DNA of 64,000 nucleotides from Chlorokybus atmophyticus (Eukaryota; Plantae; Mesostigma and Chlorokybus algae): NCBI GenBank assembly GCA_009103225.1, contig RHPI01003389.1, positions 434,001 to 498,000 of the forward strand, read 5' to 3'. Shown piece by piece: positions 63,394 to 64,000 of this stretch (position 1 is its first letter; each line of letters starts with the position of its first letter). The notes under the pieces were generated by a model. It saw only the letters and a program-made list of their open reading frames with translations, ran no database searches and was not told where the DNA came from. The position numbers and the translations under genes were made by a program.

Positions 63394-64000
63394 TCATACC
63401 ATGTCATCGCGCTTATCAACATCATCTACGACAGCCTCCTCGATGTCCTCGTGTTCTTCATCATCATCCGTCTGCTGCTTGGCAAACGATATAAAAACCT
63501 GCTCCAGGCTGCTCTGACTAACAGCGTAATCAGATATGCCGAGTGCCACGCGGTTGCTCTCAACAGCCCTAAACACGGCCGCTAAGGAGAGGTTCTTCAT
63601 GGGTAGCTGGTACTTGACGCGCTCCCCGTGATGCTCCACAAGCGTGGCGCTCGGGAAGGTGTCTTTGACAAACGCGCGCACGTCCCCCGCGGCTTTGATC
63701 TCAAGGTGGTAACCCTCGCCAAAGCGCGACTTTAGGTGCTGCGGGGAGCCCACGCACACAAGCCGCCCCGCCACCATAATGCCGAGGCGGCCGCACAGTG
63801 CCTCGCACTCCTCCATCGAGTGCGTGGTGAGAATCACACTGCGGCCGCGCGTGGTAGCCGACACCACCGCCCACATGCTGCGCCGCGCAGCCGGATCCAT
63901 ACCTGCACGGGACGTCCCCACCATTAGTCAACAGCAATGAACACTGCAGGATGTAACACGATCACCCATAATGCATACCTGAGCTTGGTTCGTCCAAGAA
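63394..64000 (-). CDS. ABCA: ABC transporter subfamily A, 3' end (partial)
   Basis: FLDEPSS|GMDPAARRSMW..VILTTHSMEECEALC.RLGIMV.G...GSPQHLKSRFG..SQSSLEQVFISFA; intron about 63904-63979. Confidence 0.93.

Overview
Eukaryotic genomic DNA, most likely a green alga (inferred from short GT-AG introns, plant/algal gene families such as DUF3531, TAP42/46 and a PCC13-62-like gene, and algal-type retroelements). The window has two parts. (1) About 1-43 kb is a nested transposon cluster. It holds two copies of a Ty3/Gypsy chromovirus (one full length with a CCTAC TSD) and two copies of a decayed autonomous Ty1/Copia ('family C'). It also holds two related gag-only Copia LTR families ('A', 'B') with many solo LTRs, two TRIM-like mini-elements, three copies of a DIRS-order (tyrosine recombinase) element, a CACTA-like transposase relic and a SET-like relic. 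(2) About 43.9-64 kb is gene-dense: DUF3531, TSSC4, a membrane-anchored COMT-like methyltransferase, an aldo-keto reductase, TAP42, ZCRB1, a disabled desiccation-related ferritin-like gene and the 3' end of an ABCA transporter, with a 728-N gap. The most unusual observations are: a gag-only Copia element bounded by INVERTED LTRs yet flanked by one perfect 5-bp TSD; dense W-box (TTGACY) arrays in all Copia-type LTRs; a TRIM with a tRNA-like Pol III A/B-box structure; a chromovirus LTR tiled by hairpins; and an AKR lacking its catalytic Tyr. Family names A/B/B2/C are my own labels. All domain calls are by eye from motifs; no searches were run, and some boundaries are approximate.
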